A stretch of DNA of 64,000 nucleotides, from contig BCIN01000002.1 of the NCBI GenBank assembly GCA_039545335.1, positions 62,001-126,000 on the forward strand, written 5' to 3'. A program made the translations under genes and the position numbers. The DNA is from Kondoa subrosea (lineage: Eukaryota). Within the stretch, counting starts at the first letter, position 1; every line of letters starts with the position of its first letter. Of the stretch, positions 35,735-51,907 are shown one piece after another. The notes under the pieces were generated by a model. The model ran no database searches. It was not told the origin of the DNA and was given only the letters and a program-made list of their open reading frames with translations.

Positions 35735-38448
35735 TCACACCCTTACCAGACCATGCTTGATCAATAATTGCCTGCTTAGCTTTGGGTTAACAGCTTCTAC
35801 ACTTTGCATCGACAAAGTTGCTGCCTCTTGAGCTATTGCGACCATGACATCGCAGGTTCTTTCATAGCTGTGAATCGGTATGCTCGATTGAGTAGCTTGA
35901 AGACATGCAATCTACCATCGACGTCAGTGTAGCATTTATACCAGAACGATCGGACGTACTAAAGCACCGGCAAGCGAATCGCCAGCTCCTGTAACGCTGA
36001 CAATGGAACTAGCAGGTATTTGTAAAGGCGTGTAGTATCGGATGACGAGATCTTCTTCTTGAGGTGTTCGCCATACAACAACATTCTTCTTGTTTGAGAA
36101 ATCGGTAGGTTGAGATGCAAGTTGAACCATCAGTAGTCCTTCATTGCCTAATTTGACCCATATCGTTCCGAAGAATTGTAGAAGCTGGATCGACATTTGT
36201 GCAAGACCTTCTTTCTGAATAAAGGAAGGGAGATGTCGAGCCAGAACATCAGTGAAGCTATTGCTGAGATTCAGACTATTGATCTTGTCGAAGGCTGTGC
36301 TATACTTAGCTCGAACGCGCAGAATATCATAGAGTACATACAGATCAAGTTCTTTTCCTTCGCAGCCATCCACAATGCTTGCAACTCTATCCTATTCGGC
36401 GAAACATGGGTAACTTTCTGCTCTGAAATACCAGCTGCAGCTTGTTGCTCAAAATGCGGCAAGATACGCAAAGCCTTTGCGGTAGAAGTAGGTTCGAAGA
36501 AGGTCTGCTGAGCTGGAAATTTCTGGTTCTGAGATCGAAGTAGTTCAGTTATGGTTGCCGAGCTGAGGTTGCCATCAAAAGCGAGGATATCCGGCGGACT
36601 TTGAGCCAGGACAGACTCAATCTATTACTGTTTAGGCTTCATATTGGTCTCGAGAGCACAAACACTCACTTGCGAAACTTTCAATTGCTCAATAGAGAGC
36701 ATATCCGCTACACCTCCAATCAATGACCCATCCTTGTCCAGAATAGAATTGCAGACAGGCGTGTGAACCTTTTCATTGACAATCAAACCATGAACAGGTA
36801 AACCGATCTTGGACATCCCAGCTTGCAAAGCGGAACCAAACAGATCCTTTCCTATATTTGAAATAAGTAACGCGGGACTTTCCATCAACCTCGATGCAGC
36901 TTCCGCCATGTTGCGTCCGACTCCTCCTGGTTCAGCATAGACCACACCAGGCGAAGTAGTCTCTGTTGCTGGACCGTATGCTTTGCTTGTGATATCTAGA
37001 GCTGCAGAACCGACAACGACAACTTTGGCGACAGGGTTTGGAGCAGGATCGAAAGATCCTATAGTTTCAGAATCTTTCGTTGCGAAGGAAGAAGGTGGTG
37101 GCATTGACGGTTGAAAGGAGGAAGGTCGCGGTTGGTCTTGATTGATTAGCTCTTGATGATGTTTAGCTATTTGTGCTGCATGCTCTGCATTATTCTTGAT
37201 CAGAGCAATGTCTGGTTCGATCGTGAGAAGCTATCATTCAGGCGAAGAATAGACTCACTGCTCTCGACACTGCTTCCTCCAGTAAGCTCCTTGACTCGCG
37301 AAAGAAGCCAAGCTAGATGACCCTTAGTATGTTCGTTATGTCTCTGTATCTGTACCAAGCTCACGAGTTACATATTTCCCTCGTGAAGCTTGTCCATTGA
37401 TCTCAGATTCTGCTACAGCTTGTTCAACAGCTCTTTGTATTGGTATTGCTGCAGCCTCAGCTGATTCAGGTATGGGCACGCCTATCAAGATTCCAGATTG
37501 AGTTCGAAGAAGGTCGTTTTGGTCTGTTAATTACACCATTAGCTGCTATGGTGTATTCAATTTTAGGCAGCGCTCACAAATCAGCTCAGCAGCCTCTTTT
37601 TCGCTCGCTAGGGTTACAGGACTCGCATATCCTGACTATCACGCCTAGTGTTAACACTTACGAACGAAATAAAGGTCTTAAGGCTCACAGATCTACCATA
37701 AAAAGCAGGAAAGTCTGGAGATCGCATAGTAGCTACAGTCACGCCTTGAGTTTCCTTTATTCTTGTCAGCTTGTGTCTATTCGAAGTCCAAGCGACAGAT
37801 GCTTACCAGGTATTCGAGAGTTCGACCAATGTCCAGAATACTTTTCGCTCCAGCACAGATAACAGATACAGGAGTGCGTCCTAGCAAAGACATCGTCAGC
37901 TTCTGCTTTCTAGGCTCTGCTAAAGAACATTCACCCAGCTCAGTGAGATCTGCTGAGACATCAAGCGAGTTTTCTCCTCCTCTATGAACTCCTCCTATTC
38001 CGCCCGTGCAGAAGACTTTGATTCCAGCTTGATGAGCGAGAAACATAGTAGCTGCGACAGTTGTTCCACCATTCTTTTGTTGTACTAAAGCTTGAGCGAT
38101 ATCTCTTCTCGAGACTTTGAGCGGTTTCTCTGCTTTCACTAATGCATGAATTTCTTCGTCTGATAAACCGACATGAATCTTGCCATTGATGATTGCGATA
38201 GTTGCAGGACAGGCATTATGTTGACGAATGATCTCTTCCAATTCCCTCGGCAGAGTGTAGGATTCAGGATAATCAAGTCCATGAGTAGCAATAGTGCTTT
38301 CTAGAGCTACAATAGCTTTCCTGCTTTCCAATGCATGGCGAACTTCTTCCGTGTAGACAATAGGCAAACGCGAGGAAAACGTAGAAGCTTGTCTCCGGTT
38401 GAGAGCGGTGCAGCGCAATCTTGCCAATTGGAGCAGTCTGGTCCGCAT
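35735..38448 (-). CDS. Bifunctional pseudouridine-5'-phosphate glycosidase (IndA/PsuG) fused to a PfkB-family pseudouridine kinase
   Basis: VALESTIATHGL.YP, KVSRRD, GGTTVAATM, TGGIGGVHRG and GAKSILDIGRTLEYL, followed by PfkB motifs GGVGRNMAEAA, FEPTS and SVTGAGDSLAG. Confidence 0.95.
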
Positions 38449-39488
38449 GCCGGCACAAGCGGTCGCTCAACTCAGAAATTCGCAATGTTGTTCCGCAACC
38501 ATGATTTTCGAGCAATACCGGATATCATGCTGAGAGATACCCAAGCTGAGGATACCAGCAGGTCCTCAAGCGTTGTATTGAGGGACGAAGGACAGCAAGA
38601 AGTGGAGACTGGAGCATGCGCGAGATCAACGAAAGGTTGAAGGGATATCCTCAAACGCCAGATTATCCTGGATAGGCCCGAAGCAGCTCTGCCATGCACA
38701 GTAGAAGGTCATCTTTGGGCTTCTCCTTTCCCCTTCGAATTCAGCGATTTGCGATTCCCCATAAGTAAAGCGTTTGTCATCTTGCCGTGACTGAGGCATC
38801 TTCAAGCTCAATATCTCTGGCTATTGTGATGTATCACAATTCATTTGCTGTTCTCATATGTTGCTTTACGCGCTGCAAGTATATACACGCTCTCGGAAGA
38901 CGACACAATGCCATACATCCACCGTCCTGTAGCTGTCGCCGACGTGTGATGTAGAGGTAATCACTCACTGCATGTACATATGCCGTGCCAGACATCTATC
39001 AGAGCAAAAATGCCCAAAGCCAGCTTCGTTCGATTGATCATCTACACATTCTTGACATCTTATGGTTCCTTGCTTGAAGCACAGAGAACCCTCGCAAGTT
39101 CTCATTGGGTTGCTCTCGGATACACATCTTCAGTACCCTCCCGCTCTTGCCAGCTGACTGAGCTTTCCATGTTGCGATTACCACAACACAAAAAAACAGA
39201 GTAATTATACTATAAGTTCGCGTGTCTATTTGACTGGTTCGATCATGAAAGCAAAATGAGAGATATGCAGTGCCTTCGATATGCCTTGTAGAGTGTGGTC
39301 GCTTCGAAAAAAGAGGCTCGTTCCGAGTCACTGCTCTGGGCGACTGCACTATAGCTAAGATAGACCCAGGACTCAAGGCAAGCTAAGAGAGGATGAAGTC
39401 GAGCAATCTTGACATAGTAAAGAATTAATCATCGTTGTCAGAATACCCTGATAATACTGCACTTGTTCAATGCGATTGTCAACATCAT

Positions 39489-40005
39489 TCAATGCCTTGC
39501 TGATCCATTCCCATTCCCGTTCCCAGCAGCGTTATGTCCGTTATGCTGCTGATTAGCTGCATGGTTCTGATGAGCAGCGGGTGTATGTGCTCCATGCTAT
39601 TATCATGTCAGATGGTATTTAGCAAAATTAATGAGTATTTCGCCTGGTTGGCTGTTCTGGCATGAATTGGAACAGGCGATGGTGGGGGACCAGCGGGGCG
39701 CAAGAAAGTTACAGGACCAGCGAATCTGGGAAGAGAGGGCATTGAAGGTCTTTGACTCTGCGCATCTGTAATGATCATTTAGCTAGAGCCTTCTATGGAA
39801 GCGAGAGAAATATCCTACTGAGACGATTCGAATGAGCATTAGCTTCTGCTTGAGCGAGACGAGCATCAAGCTCTTGGTTCCTCCGCTGCATCTCTAGGTC
39901 TTGTTTCTTGGTAGAAGAAGGAGGCAGAGAATTGAGATCAGGCATAGTAAGACTGAGATGAAGAGAAGCAAAGAGCAAATACAGAACGAAAGCAAAGTCA
40001 TTCAT
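39489..40005 (-). CDS. Small putatively secreted His/Asn/Pro-rich protein
   Basis: Signal-like MNDFAFVLYLLFASLHLSLT, then MPDLNSLPPSS. Three exons, ending HNGHNAAGNGNGNGSARH*. Confidence 0.5.
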
Positions 40006-40091
40006 GCTGTGGGGCTGTATATAGTCTCCCGAAGATAAAGGGAATCGGCTTGTCAATTTCATCATACATCGCCCAGAGGCGCTAATCTCTG

Positions 40092-40668
40092 CTAATGACC
40101 AGTGATAGGCCCATCCTCGACTACGCCTTGGCGCGGCGGCTGGACCGCATAGCTAACGGGTCTAGTATTGCCATGAGTTTGAGGGGAAGAAGAATGTCCT
40201 TGTCCAGTATGCCCATTGTTGACTAAATGATTGGAATTAGAAGGTGATGAAGGAGGGTTGCCCGCGATCTGGTGATGAGCTGCCATAGGATGAGTAATTC
40301 TGGCCTAACATTTAGGTCAGCTATACGCTGTTATGTAATGGGCATATAACTCACCGCGTTCACGCGTAGCGATGTAGTTGATGGATCTGATGGCGGCGCA
40401 GGCGGAGATCGAAGCGGAATCAAGGGAGACCCAAGCTGGAACGAATGATGAGCTGCTCCTGGTCTTTCGCCTTGTCCAACTTTACGACAGAGATCAGTGA
40501 CATCATCTATTCTGCGTATCAGAGCCATATACCATTGATTTGATGCATTTCGTGCCATCGAGCCGCGTTATGAGAATGATCAGAGATTGGCTGATGCGAA
40601 AATTGCGATATATGGTTTGCAAGGTTGGGCTCCCTAGACGAAGGAGACAGCGTGTTAATATCGGGCAT
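40092..40668 (-). CDS. Small His/Pro-rich protein, probable paralog of the adjacent gene
   Basis: Starts MPDINTLSPSS. Three exons splice through VGQGERP...LRSPPAPPS and ARITHPMAAHH...ITGH*. Confidence 0.45.
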
Positions 40669-41155
40669 GATATCGTTATATGATAGAGCTGGAGCAAGAC
40701 AGTAAGACTTCGAAGCCACGTTCTCAAGCCGAATTAGAAAGGGATTTTATCGCTCGAGCTGGAGCAATACAGGTAATTGGACAGAGATAACTCCGCTCTC
40801 CTTGAAGGCATGCTCAAAGGATGAGATACAGATATGGAGATTGAATGTCGATGTCAAGTCCGAGTCGTTTCAACGCGACTTGCAGCCTGAGCCATTTAAA
40901 GAGCAATGTAGACCAGACTATAGATCAAATAGCAGCAAAACGAATCGAGACAAAACGCGGTTCGCGGTCAACCTCGTCGACAGAAATTTGGAACGAGTTG
41001 TTCTTACCTGAGAACAACGAGTCAGACGTACAAGACTCCCAGATATCCCAGCAAGTGATCAGACTTGATATCCTAGAGCCTCCATACCCTTGCTTGCCTG
41101 TTAGAAGCCTCAAACCAACTTTTCAAGCTCGCACCTATTCTTCAGTAGAGCAGCT

Positions 41156-43058
41156 ATGTCGCTACAAGTACCTAATGCCGGGCAATCGCTCTTCAAAGGT
41201 GGTATGACGATGAGCAGTGGTATAGAAGAAGCAGGCAAGTCAATGTAGCTCGTATTGACCGCAAATGCTCATCATTGTACTTGTAGTCATTCGCAATATC
41301 CAAGGTCTGTAGCATTTACAAAGTGTGCAGACATATCTCACTCATACTATGCAGCTGTCTCCAACCTTTCTGATCTCGTTCGGACTTCTTTTGGTCCTCA
41401 AGGTCGAAACAAAATCATTGTCAATCATCTGGAACGAACCTTTGTGACTTCAGATGCAGCAACCATCTTGAAAGAACTCGAAGTCGTTCATCCAGCAGCC
41501 AAAGTACTGGTACAAGCTTCTCAGCAGCAAGAAGCTGAAGTTGGTGATCGAACGAATTTGGTTCTTATGCTAGCTGGAGAATTGCTCAAGAAAGCTGAAT
41601 ACCTTTTGACTATGGGTCTACACCCTTCGGAAATCATTACTGGCTATGAATTGGCCAGAGACAAAGTGGATGAAATTCTACCTAGTCAGTCACATCTACG
41701 ATCAGCATAGTAGTATGCTGAGAACACTTGTGAATTTGACAGCACTCGAAGTCTCTTCAGTTCAATACCCTCTTGAACCAAAATCTCTCGCTTTGGCTCT
41801 TACTCCAGCTCTAGCATCAAAGCAATACGGAAACGAAGATCTCTTAGCAAAATTAGTAGCAGAAGCAGCTCTTTTAACTTTACCTAAAGACCCGAAAAAC
41901 TTCAATGTTGATTCTATTCGAGTAGTGAAAATCATGGGTGGTGGTTTATCTCAATCTCGAGTAGTGAAAGGAATGGTTTTCAACAGAGAACCAGAAGGTA
42001 TTATCAAATCATGCAAGAATGCTAAAGTTGCAGTCTTCACTTCTGGAATCGATATCGCTCAAACAGAAACAAAAGGAACAGTTTTGTTAAAATCAGCAGA
42101 TGAATTGTTAGGGTTTTCAAAAGGTGAAGAAGCGCATATGGAGAAAGTTTTCCAAGAAATTGCAGATTCAGGAGTTAAAGTCATTGTTGCTGGTTCGGGT
42201 GTTGGTGAATTGGCTTTACATTTCCTTAATCGATACAATATCTTGGTCATCAAGATTCTAAGTAAATTTGAACTCAGAAGATTAGCAAGAGTGGTTGGTG
42301 CTACTCCCTTGACTCGATTAGGTCCACCATTACCTGAAGAGATGGGTTTGGTTGATGTAGTAGAAACGATTGAAGTGGGCGGTGATCGAGTGACAGTCTT
42401 TAGACAAGAGGAAGAAATCACAAGGACGGCTACCGTTGTCATTCGAGGAGCTACAACTACTCAAATGGACGATATCGAACGAGCAATCGATGATGGTGTC
42501 AATGTAGTCAAAGGCATTATCAAAGATCAACGAATGGTACCTGGAGCAGGAGCAACTGAAGTAGAACTAGCGAAGAAGGTTGCTGAATATGGAGAGAAGA
42601 CACCTGGTCTAGCTCAACATGCTATCAAGAGGTTTGCGGATGCTCTAGAAGTCGTACCACGAACGCTGGCAGAGAACGCTGGTTTGGATGCAACAGAAGT
42701 TCTGAGTAGGCTGTATGCTGCGCATTCAGCAGATGATAAGGGCTTGATGGGCGTTGATATTGAAGCGGAGAAGAGTGAAAGTGGTTTGCTAGATGCTAAA
42801 AAGGCTGGCATTGTGGATCTGCTTGTCGGAACAGAATGTGCGTTTCAAAGGATTCTCTGACTGGTCTTATCTAAGAATGAATTTGTTGGCAGGGGCTATC
42901 CGGTATGCAACACAAGCGGCTATTACTATTCTGCAAGTCGATGCAATCATCATGAGCAAGGTATATTTCTATTCCGGGCCATTCAAGCATGCCTGATTGA
43001 TTTTTAGGCGGCTGGTATTGCTCCGCCAAAACAAAACCCAAATTGGGATGAAGATTAG
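41156..43058 (+). CDS. CCT8: T-complex protein 1 subunit theta
   Basis: RTSFGPQGRNK, VTSDAATILKELEVVHPAAK, EVGDRTN, IAQTETKGTVLLK, SKFELRRL and terminal IIMSK...NPNWDED*. Confidence 0.97.
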
Positions 43059-43168
43059 AGTGAACGGTAACGATGCAACAATGCTAGTGCTATCACTTGA
43101 CAATTTAGACATACAGCCCGTGAAATCCATCCCGAGATAGCTATCGACAACCCAGAGACAGTAGCTAA

Positions 43169-44805
43169 TCAAAGTCCGACGCAATTAAATTCTTGTGCGA
43201 GATCTGCTTGGAATTGTCTCATTTTCTCTATTCGCCGAGCTGCTGCTGTTTTGCCTTCAGGTGTCATCATGAGTGGAAGTACTCTGGCTTTGTCCATCTG
43301 ACCCGAGTAATTTTCAGCTGGTGCTGGTGCAGACACGACAGGCTTACGACATGATGCATAGCCGTTCCTTCTATAGACTCTGTACTGACGTGACTAGGTC
43401 CACTTTGCCATAGAGGGCGGTGTGATGTTCCGAAAGTAGCGGCAGCTCTGCTTCCTGGATCAGCTCAATGACTGCAGTTACGTTGTCTACTTACCTTAGC
43501 ACTCCGAACAGACCAATGCACTCCAGCTTGTCTGCGTCTTGCACGCAATGTAATTCGAGGCAGGTCTTGTGAAAGTCCGTTTGCCGCCCTTCTTTCCTTC
43601 TTCTTTCGTCTCGCTTCAGACCGACCGTACTTGCTATCCGAGCAATCATCTCCCCTTGGTGCGAATTGAAGATGTGTGCGTGTGCTTTTGTGTACGGCTG
43701 AACAAAATCTTTCGGATCTTTGATTGAGTATTTAGGATCATTCACTGCTGAAGTAAAGAGGGCAGATACTAGATATCGCGATTAGCGCAACGAACACATT
43801 CTGCTTGCAGATGTCTCACCTTCGACTACTTTCAGGTCAATCTTCTGACCTCTCTTCTGCATCGACTTCGCCAACGCAACAGCCTGTCTCCTCAACCTGT
43901 TTTAATTGTCTCAACGAATTGAAGCAAGATGAATCGAGCTAATTACCTGTCCGCATGCAGAATATCGTGAGAGCATCTTCCTTCTCCCAAGTGCTGCTTA
44001 ACCTTATCTTCTGCATCAATCAGCCAAGCTGGTTTCTCTTCCGCAACGTCAACCGCTTCGAAATCAGTCCTGCTGTCATCAAAGTAACCTGAGCCTTCCG
44101 GTGAAGTCATTCGAGGCGCATCCGAAGCGTCCATATCTACTTCTTGTGATTCTTCTTCTTCGTCGTCTTCTTCATCATCGTGAGCTGCATGCATGACTTC
44201 GAATTTCCGAAATTCTGGATGTCTTCGCCTCAATTCGGTCCATATATCGCATACCAAGCCAGAAAACCAAACGGAACGAAGTGTTGCCAATTTCTGTCTC
44301 GATTCGTTTCGGGAGGCTATGTATTCCGGACGTGGTTCCAACGCGGGCGTAGTTGCTGGTAGACCTTGAGTCTCTGGTATTCTTCTGTTGATTTCATCGC
44401 ATACATCTTTCGAGGAATCTTATATTAGCTGTTTTGCTCAGATTTAAGGCTATGCTAATTTACCGGTCGTCAATTCTGCCATTTGCTTGATAGTAAGGAC
44501 TGCTAACTTCTGTAAGCTTGCTGAAGTTGATATCTCAGGTTCTATAGAGAGGCAACAATCAGCCAAAGAAAGCCTTTTTCGAAACAAAGATCAGAAGAGC
44601 TAGACTTACTTTGACCGGTCAGAGTCATAAAGCCCCAAAGACCTTGAAAGCATAGCTTCAATTGTGGCAGATGTTCATCAGGTAGTAGCAATTGACCGCG
44701 TTCAGGTTTATGAAATGGAGGGCGAGCTTCATTTCTGCTGCTGTTTTGACGAGAAGGAACTCCTAGATTCTCTCTTTGCTTGAAAGAGCCAGAGTAGCTA
44801 CTCAT
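43169..44805 (-). CDS. HD-superfamily (YedJ-like) domain protein with a degenerate metal site and long N-terminal extension
   Basis: SHDILHADRV, DLKVVEVSALFTSAVNDPKY, ELHCVQDADKLECIGLFGVLR and MMTPEGK.AA.RR...M.QF. Confidence 0.75.
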
Positions 44806-45258
44806 TCCAGCCAAGGAACGACTAAACGGCGAAGTATGGAAATGGAAGACCAGCTTCAAGAAAGATTCATCCAGGAATAGTTTCCCTTTCATAAACATTA
44901 CGAAAAGTCGTCTGCCGAGGGAGTCAACATACCGAGCCAAATTATCATTCGCACGCAAGACTCGGAGGTCGTACTTATACAGATTAAAAACAAACACAGA
45001 AGCGCAGGCAGAGCAAAGAAATACGGTACTTCAAGAAACAGCAAAATCAGAAGCTGCCATCAAGCAATTCACAGACAGCGACACGAAGCGAATCCAAGGC
45101 AGAACAAATGAGAGCAATATGATGAAGTAGAATTGCCAGTATACGGGCGTCGACGTTGCAGACAACAGATGTTGCTCTCTCCCAAACCAAAACAAGCGAG
45201 TTGTGAAGATATCCGGATCCTGAACCTAGCTTGACGTGATACCTCTGGGCCCTTCTGA

Positions 45259-46991
45259 ATGAAGCCTCGTATCCCTTTGCAGCGGCTTCAAGCGCTGGCA
45301 GCAACTTCCGCCCGCTTCAATGCGATTCGCTTGGCAAGCACTTCAGCTGCACCGACTACTAGTACAGGCAGTGTGTATGCAACCCAAAGTGGTCTCTTCA
45401 AGCTCGCATTGCCTTTGAAGCCGATATCAGCTTCAGCGATACATGGTCAAGGGACTGAAAGCGTTCCAGCTTTGGAAACCGACTCTGACGATAACGTCAC
45501 TCTCTTCCTCTTACATCCTAGACAACCTCTTTCTTTCATAGGATCATTAATACAAACAGAAGTAGCTGCTCATCAAGATAAACCACCACAAAAGATCACC
45601 TTTCATGGATCGGATGAGAAGAAAGATCATGCAGATACGAGTAATATTGGAGGAAACAAATCACATTGGGCTAGTTCAACTGAATTAGGTAGATTCATAC
45701 AAGAAGCAGCAAGCGGTTCTTCTTTTTCTATAGCTCTATACGAAGCAGGTTCCAATATCCCTAGAACGATTCAAGTCAAAGTACCTACTTTTGATGAAAG
45801 AACCTATTATCTGAGACAAAACTTGACCAAAATTTCGGAAGAAATGCAGACTTTGCTTGATATAAAGAAGGAATGCGATCATTTAGCTTTAGTCGGCGCA
45901 AGGAGATTCGCCGTCGGAGGTTTTGCTGGACTTCGTGAGTGTCTCCTCTGTGTCTTTATGGAAATTTTTCTGACTGTCATTAGTTGGGTAGTGAGTCGCA
46001 AAAAGATGTTCGACGGAACTTTACCTAATCATTTGTCAGCTGGGGCGTAGTTTATCATCTGAGTAAGCAACTTGATAATTACTGCAAGACAGTATTTGGC
46101 TCACTTGTTGTACAGCTTTCAATGTTTATGGATGGTGAGCACCTGCTGCCGGTCTGTTTCATTTCTCATAGTATACGGCAGGGATTTGATGGAACCGGTG
46201 AGTCGTCACGGGTCTAGCACGATTGTGCTTAGATCTGTTCGTCAACCCACAGGTCACTGTACGTCCATTGATCAATATCACGAACAATGAGATGAATCTT
46301 TCGACAGTACTTAACCGGTTTGACAACGGTCGTCTGCGGCTAGTGAGCATCTCATACTCCTCAAGTCCCTCTGACTGAAATCTACCGCCAGCCTATGGTT
46401 CTTGTATAACCAGAAGGTTTGCATTTCTATGTTTTCCCTGAAAACTTTGCTCAAAGCGGACGGCAAATCAGGAAGTTTCGTACCGGAGCGTCTTTGAGAT
46501 GAGCAGCTCAAAGAGAAGAGAGATGCTTTAGTAAGTCAGAATGCCACGACTGCTTGATGCAAGCTAAATTTTATCCATAGTGATCAGAAAGGCTTTGATC
46601 GTCAGGTAAGGAAGAACGAAGAGGTTGAGGCTGTCTCTCATTCGCCTCAAATCACCTGCCTTACAGCGATGGGAAGGTCAGTTACAGGCTCAACTAGATT
46701 TGCCAGCTTACTGAAATGCCAATTGAGTAGACCTCGTAGCTGAAGCGGCAACATTGAGAAGAACGATCCGAAGTATTGCAGCTGATTATGGAGTGAAATG
46801 GCACTTGAACAAGGAAGCAGGTAAGTCTTCATCTTATGTCTTGGCGATTTTCTCGGGCAAGTATTAACCACTCTTGTTTAGGCGATCACGAGTCAACTGA
46901 GCATGAGATCATCAAACATCAAGAGGAGAATGATGATGATGATAAGAAGCGGAAACGAAAGAAGGACAGCTCGACACCCAAATTTGCTTGA
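45259..46991 (+). CDS. MCU: Mitochondrial calcium uniporter pore subunit
   Basis: LLHPRQPLSFI..LIQ.E, VPTFDERTYYLR and IKKECD.LA. The spliced pore region reads [26 protein letters not shown], containing the WDxxEP filter. Confidence 0.93.
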
Positions 46992-47160
46992 CAAATGAAT
47001 GGGCCGCCATCGAATGTCGTCGAACGTTTCTTGAGTAATGCATATCTGTACAGTAGATAACACGCATAGAAGCAAGCATCATACACGTAAGCGTGAACAA
47101 GGGCACCGGGATCTGCACAAACCAGGCTTGACCTGTTACCATGCTCTGCATTCAGCAAAT

Positions 47161-50648
<3,488 letters not shown>

Positions 50649-50763
50649 GCCATTCCTCTTTCAGGTTTAACATATTTTAGAGACAAGGGTCGTTTTTGTT
50701 TGCATTGCATTTACATTTGACTACTGCTTGTTTCCTTCATCGTTCATGCATTGTATATCTGTA

Positions 50764-51710
50764 TCATACACTGAGCTTTTCGAAGATGGGCTGAAAGGCT
50801 TCTGCATCTTGTGCACCCGAGATCCCGTATCTCTTCGATCCTTCTCCATCTTTGTGCAGAATGAAGAACGGGACGCCGCTATGGTAGACAAGAAGTACAG
50901 ATATAAGCGAACATTGGTGAGGAGGCTCTTAACATACTTAATGCCCAGATCTTGCGCATTCTGAATTCCTTTGGCTACTTCTGCCTTGCCTTCGTTGCTT
51001 TTCAGAAAGTTCAGCATCTCCTCTTCTGTGCCTAAACCAACTTCAGCGCCTTCCTTCGCCAGCCAAGATGGTTCGGCAGGATCTTGAGCCTGTTTTTTGG
51101 GTTAGCGGTGAGAAGCTAGACCAGGCTTCCGAAAAACAAACATGCTCGAAATAGCCAGAGAAGAGCCTATCGACCAGAGCCAATTGTTGTTTCTCGCCGC
51201 CCTTCTCGTATGCCTTCCAGATCATTCGGTGTGAATCGGTCGTCTGCCTGACATTGCCATCATAGCTGAAGTTGATTCCGTACTCTTTGCCTCTAGCCCT
51301 CATGCTCTCCTCCATGGCAGCGACCTTCTCAGCGCCGCCGAATCTCTTAATGTATCTTTCGCGCTTATTTACACCATGATCTGTTGGAAGTGTTGGATCC
51401 AAGAGGAAGGGCTGTTTTCATGGAAGTGTGAGAGGTGATAAGCTTGTGATAATATACCAAGTACCTCGAACTTCAAAGCAAATTGGGTTGAGGGAGATTT
51501 CTGCTGGAAAGTCTGGATCGCTGTTTGCAACTTTCGTAGACCTAAGCTGCGTGACACGATCGCAACCACATAAGTATGTGAATATGCAGAGAATTAGGTC
51601 GCCCACAAACAGAACGGGCAAATCCTGTTTGAAAATTGAGACCTATGAATGACGCGCCTGTCTTATGCAACTCACGAGTCCGAGACGATTGAGATGTTCA
51701 CGAGCGCCAT
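50764..51710 (-). CDS. DsbA/FrnE-like thioredoxin-fold protein
   Basis: ISIVSD..ICPFC, PF.LDPTLP...VNK, T.DSHR, LF.GYFE, GVPFF and ISGAQ. Confidence 0.9.
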
Positions 51711-51907
51711 TGCTGCAGATTTAAGCGAGATGTACTTGTCCTTTGGTGTGTCGGAGGTGGTTGCAGCGAGTGGAGAGAAGAGAAAATCAATTGATGAATC
51801 ATCATTTGCTGATTTGTTTATCCACTTTGTCCACAGCGGCACTTTCTCGCAATTGAAAGGAATAGCAAATGTCGCGTGTCCATTGTTGACTCGTGTTTCA
51901 CGAGAAG

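Noticed and set aside
35735..38448. Glycosidase-kinase fusion as a novelty
   Set aside because: The bifunctional pseudouridine-degrading fusion is already known in fungi and animals.
50764..51710. Selenocysteine in the thioredoxin-fold protein
   Set aside because: The active site is an ordinary CPFC (TGC, TGT) with no in-frame TGA.
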